A DNA stretch of 64,000 bases, from contig CAVXRD010000004.1 of NCBI GenBank assembly GCA_963764165.1, positions 192,001 through 256,000 of the forward strand. Reading direction: 5' to 3'. Origin of the DNA: an uncultured Verrucomicrobiae bacterium (GTDB taxonomy: Bacteria > Verrucomicrobiota > Verrucomicrobiia > Limisphaerales > Palsa-1400). Below the pieces are notes generated by a model that was not told the DNA's origin, made no database searches, and saw only the letters and a program-made list of their open reading frames with translations. The position numbers were made by a program, and so were the translations under genes. Positions 60,138-64,000 of this stretch are shown here, piece after piece (the stretch's first letter is position 1; every line of letters begins with the position of its first letter).

Positions 60138-63100
60138 GGCGCTTGCTGAGTTGGTTTCGCGGGAATGGATGAGGCGGCATTTCTCGCGGCAAACTCGGCC
60201 CAGCGCCGATTCAATTCCGACGATGGAATCAGCCAGTCCCCGACATGCGAATCAATGCTGCAAATCACCGCTCCCGCCGGGGTCAAACGCCAGAACGGCA
60301 CCGCCTCCCCAAAGACAGAAAAGCCGGGCGGTGGCTGGACAAACCCGACCTGGCACGGATCGCAAACCTGGCCGTACCGTTCAAACCGCACCGGAATCCG
60401 CAGTGGTGTTGCGCATCCAGGACTGTAACGAACCAACGATGCGCTCCAATCCTGATCAATTTTGCCATCGCCATGTCCGATTGGGGACCAACTGCGCTGA
60501 ACCCTCGGCTCATAGTTCCACAGATTTTGTCCGTCACGGACATAAGTGGGGTCATCCATCGTGCAGCCGTCGGGGCATCTCCACTCCGGCTCGCCAGAGC
60601 CGAATTCCGAAATGACGCCATCGGGCAGTTTTCCGGAAGTTTGCCGCAAAATTATTTTTGCGCCCCCTCCTGATTCGGGCAGCGAAACGAGAAGTCGATG
60701 CTGCGGCGATTGCGCCGGGGAAATCGTGTAACTCAACCGTTCCACCCCTGCTGTCGAAAAGAAATAAGACACCCCAACGCGCCACTTGTTGGTCGGAATC
60801 TGTGTGCTCTGCCAGGAACCGCTGGCGGCATCAAAAACGGAAAAAGAAAAGTCCGAATACGCGCACAGCTTGCCATCCCACGCCTGGTCGATGCCGTATT
60901 TGCCGCTCCAAACGGAATCAAGCGCGTTCAAGGCAGGCACCCGGCGCGCGCTAACCAATGTCGAATTGGTGCACGCAACAGGATCATTTTCCAAGAGCTC
61001 GTCCGGATTTCCAAAATACACTTTGCCGCGAGAGGCGACGATTTTTCCGTCGGCATCGGATGGGATCGGCAAAGTCTCCCATTTTTTGTCGGCGATATGG
61101 TACCAGCCTAGACGCGAGTTGAGACTGATGAAAACCGATTCAGAATCGGCGTCGAAATCCATTCCCGGAGAGCCGAATTCACTTGGAATCTCGATTTCCT
61201 CGCAGACGCCATTGGATGTATTGAACTTTAAAATCGAGCAGGGCGCCTTCCACGCCACGCCCATACCCTGCTGAACGTAAGAACACATGGCCCAAACCGT
61301 ATCGCCGCGAAAGATGACCCTTTGCAGTTTGGGCACAAGCGGCAGCCGTGAGGGAGCGCCTGAAATTTTCCATGGATCGAATTTCGCCGTGAACGGTAAT
61401 GAATCAAGTATCGGCGCTTGTTTCGGCTCCGCCGGACCGGCTGGGATATTTGGCGTGACCTTGGCAATCGCCGCGACGTTTCGCAAATGGCTCCCCATTT
61501 TGCGATCGGCTGGATTCTTATCCACTCGCGCCTGCAAGGCCGGCACCATTTTGCGGGCGTCTTCCTCAGAGAGGGGACAACTCCCCTTGTCGAATGCGGT
61601 CGCTTCAAAAGCGCTGGCCCACTTGGGGCAATCGGTAATCGCAAACATCCGGAGGCGCTGCCAGAAACTCCCCCACGGTTCGGCGTCGTAAGGCGAATAG
61701 TAGTGAGCGTGCTTCATGCAAAGCGTTCTTGAAAGTTCGGTCACCGTGTGAATGTAGCCTTCCTCACAAACTAGATTCGTGCGGATATCCCACATCGCCG
61801 AAGCAAGCTTTGTCTCCACCTTTTCGAGGCCGCCGACGCCATCTTCAGGCGTCATGGCATAGGCACAGTATTCGGCGCAACATCGACTGTGGAGATTGGT
61901 GGATTTCCGCAATGCATCGACGAACTGGCTGGCGAGCTGGGGCAGAGTTTTTCGGTCTTCCCATTTCCAACCGGCAAGCCGCGGCAGCGCATCGGGAATG
62001 AACCCCGACTCAATCATGTTCAAATAAAGAGGGAGCGAGTCGCCGGGCTTCTCAAAACTTAGGCCCGCTTGCGCCCATTTGACCTGTTGCAAACGCTCAA
62101 ACTTGGTGATGATTCCGTGATCATAACGGACGCCTTTTTTCCTCGGCACGCCCGTTTTGAATTGACCGGCGTAAGTCTTAATGGGCGGCGACTGCGCATC
62201 GAGCGTGCTGATCAATCGCCTCGTTTCCTCGCGCAGGGACCTCAATAACTCTTCGTTCCCGGCGCGAAACTCCGCCCCGTTATAAAAGCTGTCGAGCATC
62301 GCCAGCGAGCGCTCCGCTATGCCAACACCCAGTTCAAACCACCCGAAATCGGGATTTGCCGAATTCGTCCAGACGAGGGCCGAATCATCGCAATAGAGCG
62401 CAGCGGAGCGAATGCCCCACGGGAGTTGCGATGGTTCGGGCACCATCGGATAAAGCACATTGCCAGAGCCTTCATTCAGGGAATATATCGGCTCCGTGTA
62501 GGCTCGAAGCCTTGCTTCGGCGAGTTCGCGAGAGTGGTCGCCAAGAGCCCAAGCCGATTCGGTGGCTGATTGCGCGGCTTTATAAAGATGCCACTTCAGT
62601 GCCCAGGCGCCTTCCGATTCAAATTTCCGCGCTTCGTCGGCGGCGTTCCACGAAACAACGGACGCTTCGCCCGTGACCGATTTCAATATCTGGGCGACGA
62701 GGTTTGTTGACAGTTCGTTGAGATTTGTCCGATTGCCGCTTAATTCGAAAGCAATCGGCTCGCCGCCCTTGGGAGGAACCATGCGTCCAGATAACGTGAC
62801 TTGTTCGGGCGAATACCCCTTGGCATCAATGGTGCCTTCCAGCAGATAGCTCCCCTTCCAAAATGCGCTTTCGTCCAGCCCTGCGAGATCATGCTCGCCC
62901 GTCAGCGATTGCATGTGCGAGCGCTCAAGCACAAAGATCTCGGGCTGGCGTGTCAACAATTCTGTGCTCAAGCGTGTCAATTCCTCTTCCAGCGTTCGTT
63001 CCGCCGGACTCTCGACGGCGGCGCGGAGATTTACGACGGAGATTGGCAGCGCATTGCTGGCGGACACGAACAGCTTGGGCAAAATCGGAGCAAGGTGCCG

Positions 63101-63511
63101 GGCGAATTCGTCAGCCCATGTGAGGACATCTTTGCCAGGAATTGTTTGGTCTTCTGCTGTTAGCAACACGCCCGGTTTGACGGCTATCAAACGCGCATTC
63201 AAGACTCGCGCGGAGCCTCGGAGCCGGGAATCCAAAACCAAAAGACCGTCCGCGCTTAGGAGGTGGCCAAGTTTCAGATAGTCACGAGTCGCCACGGCAA
63301 GCTCCTGCTCGCGCAGGACTTTGTTAATTTGATCGCGTTCAAGGACGACAAGATTCGGGGTCTTGGATAATTGGGCCGACAGCGCGTCGGCGGCGGCGGA
63401 CACTTCCTCCTGCTCGGTCACGACGGCGACCCTGCAGGTTCCTCCCGTCTGCGCGCCAGCCGACACGCCGAAAATGGTCATCCACACTAAAATTTTTCCG
63501 ATCAAGCGCAT
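60134..63511 (-). CDS. Large exported protein, tandem CsgG/HfaB-like N-terminus (paralogue A)
   Basis: Signal peptide and shared motifs; closest to paralogue D (E.RAGNEE.L..LR, GL.FEKP.DS, GW.WEDRK). Confidence 0.75.
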   Translation of the reverse strand: MRLIGKILVWMTIFGVSAGAQTGGTCRVAVVTEQEEVSAAADALSAQLSKTPNLVVLERDQINKVLREQELAVATRDYLKLGHLLSADGLLVLDSRLRGSARVLNARLIAVKPGVLLTAEDQTIPGKDVLTWADEFARHLAPILPKLFVSASNALPISVVNLRAAVESPAERTLEEELTRLSTELLTRQPEIFVLERSHMQSLTGEHDLAGLDESAFWKGSYLLEGTIDAKGYSPEQVTLSGRMVPPKGGEPIAFELSGNRTNLNELSTNLVAQILKSVTGEASVVSWNAADEARKFESEGAWALKWHLYKAAQSATESAWALGDHSRELAEARLRAYTEPIYSLNEGSGNVLYPMVPEPSQLPWGIRSAALYCDDSALVWTNSANPDFGWFELGVGIAERSLAMLDSFYNGAEFRAGNEELLRSLREETRRLISTLDAQSPPIKTYAGQFKTGVPRKKGVRYDHGIITKFERLQQVKWAQAGLSFEKPGDSLPLYLNMIESGFIPDALPRLAGWKWEDRKTLPQLASQFVDALRKSTNLHSRCCAEYCAYAMTPEDGVGGLEKVETKLASAMWDIRTNLVCEEGYIHTVTELSRTLCMKHAHYYSPYDAEPWGSFWQRLRMFAITDCPKWASAFEATAFDKGSCPLSEEDARKMVPALQARVDKNPADRKMGSHLRNVAAIAKVTPNIPAGPAEPKQAPILDSLPFTAKFDPWKISGAPSRLPLVPKLQRVIFRGDTVWAMCSYVQQGMGVAWKAPCSILKFNTSNGVCEEIEIPSEFGSPGMDFDADSESVFISLNSRLGWYHIADKKWETLPIPSDADGKIVASRGKVYFGNPDELLENDPVACTNSTLVSARRVPALNALDSVWSGKYGIDQAWDGKLCAYSDFSFSVFDAASGSWQSTQIPTNKWRVGVSYFFSTAGVERLSYTISPAQSPQHRLLVSLPESGGGAKIILRQTSGKLPDGVISEFGSGEPEWRCPDGCTMDDPTYVRDGQNLWNYEPRVQRSWSPIGHGDGKIDQDWSASLVRYSPGCATPLRIPVRFERYGQVCDPCQVGFVQPPPGFSVFGEAVPFWRLTPAGAVICSIDSHVGDWLIPSSELNRRWAEFAARNAASSIPAKPTQQAP

Positions 63512-63512
63512 G

Positions 63513-64000
63513 TCACATCGCCTGGCCTGAAATGCTTTTGGCCTCGATCTTCATGGGCTGGCCAGATTCCAATCCGCCGGTGCTGCTCCAAACGAATTGG
63601 TCTCCCGACAAAATAATTCCGCCGCGGGCATCGCAAAGAGTTGTAACCTCGCGGCCGCCGACATTCACTTCCTGGCCGCTAAACGTTACGAATGAACAAC
63701 AGCTTTTCGCATCGCACAAATGCACAAAAAGCGGGGCCGAAGACCGGGTGCTTTCCTGGTCGGACAATACAATGTGCATTCCCTCGGAGTCCTCGATGAT
63801 CGCGCGCACCCGATTTGGAAACATCGAGAGCACCTGCCCTATGACTTTGCCGCTGGCCAAAATATCCTCGGTTGAGTTCGTGGTTGTCGTGCGAGCAACG
63901 GTCGGATAAACCGGCCGCGAATTTCGCTCCATGACGCCAATCCCGACGACGGCCAGCACGCAGGCAGCCGCCGCCGCAACCCAGCCGAACCGCGCCGCCC
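63513..64000 (-). CDS. Single-TM protein, possibly anti-sigma-like; 5' end lies outside the window
   Basis: Frame is open to the window edge; WVAAAAACVLAVVGIG TM segment followed by a soluble domain. Confidence 0.55.
   Translation of the reverse strand, partial: AARFGWVAAAAACVLAVVGIGVMERNSRPVYPTVARTTTTNSTEDILASGKVIGQVLSMFPNRVRAIIEDSEGMHIVLSDQESTRSSAPLFVHLCDAKSCCSFVTFSGQEVNVGGREVTTLCDARGGIILSGDQFVWSSTGGLESGQPMKIEAKSISGQAM

Overview
GC-rich bacterial DNA. Gene content (prepilin/H-X9-DG-type protein, several ECF sigma factors, Sel1 proteins, long-leader T2SS pseudopilins, dense palindromic intergenic repeats) suggests the PVC group, probably Verrucomicrobia; this is inference. From left to right: an IS4-family element with IRs and a 9-bp TSD inserted into the first codons of a DUF3887-like gene of an ECF locus; a defence islet (PstI/BsuBI-type type II RM plus a nucleotidyltransferase gene pair); a GT4 gene; leuA with a leucine attenuator; a second ECF/anti-sigma/PDZ locus; a SWIM-SNF2 helicase; gspF-H-I-J-K; GH43; gnd; and a large glycoside hydrolase. 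From 36 to 64 kb lies a minus-strand cluster of four ~1100-1250 aa exported paralogues with tandem CsgG/HfaB-like N-terminal domains, a stand-alone CsgG/HfaB-like gene and two Sel1 proteins. That cluster is interrupted by glycan-modification genes and by three IR-bounded RAYT/Y1 (HUH) transposase elements alternating with ~1-kb AT-richer foreign fragments that resemble Rhs toxin tail plus immunity gene. A related 19-bp motif marks gene junctions in the defence islet. The two best candidates for an undescribed system are the RAYT-punctuated cassette array with its junction motif, and the CsgG-like paralogue/Sel1 cluster. No rRNA, tRNA or CRISPR array was seen. All family assignments come from motif recognition by eye, not from database searches.
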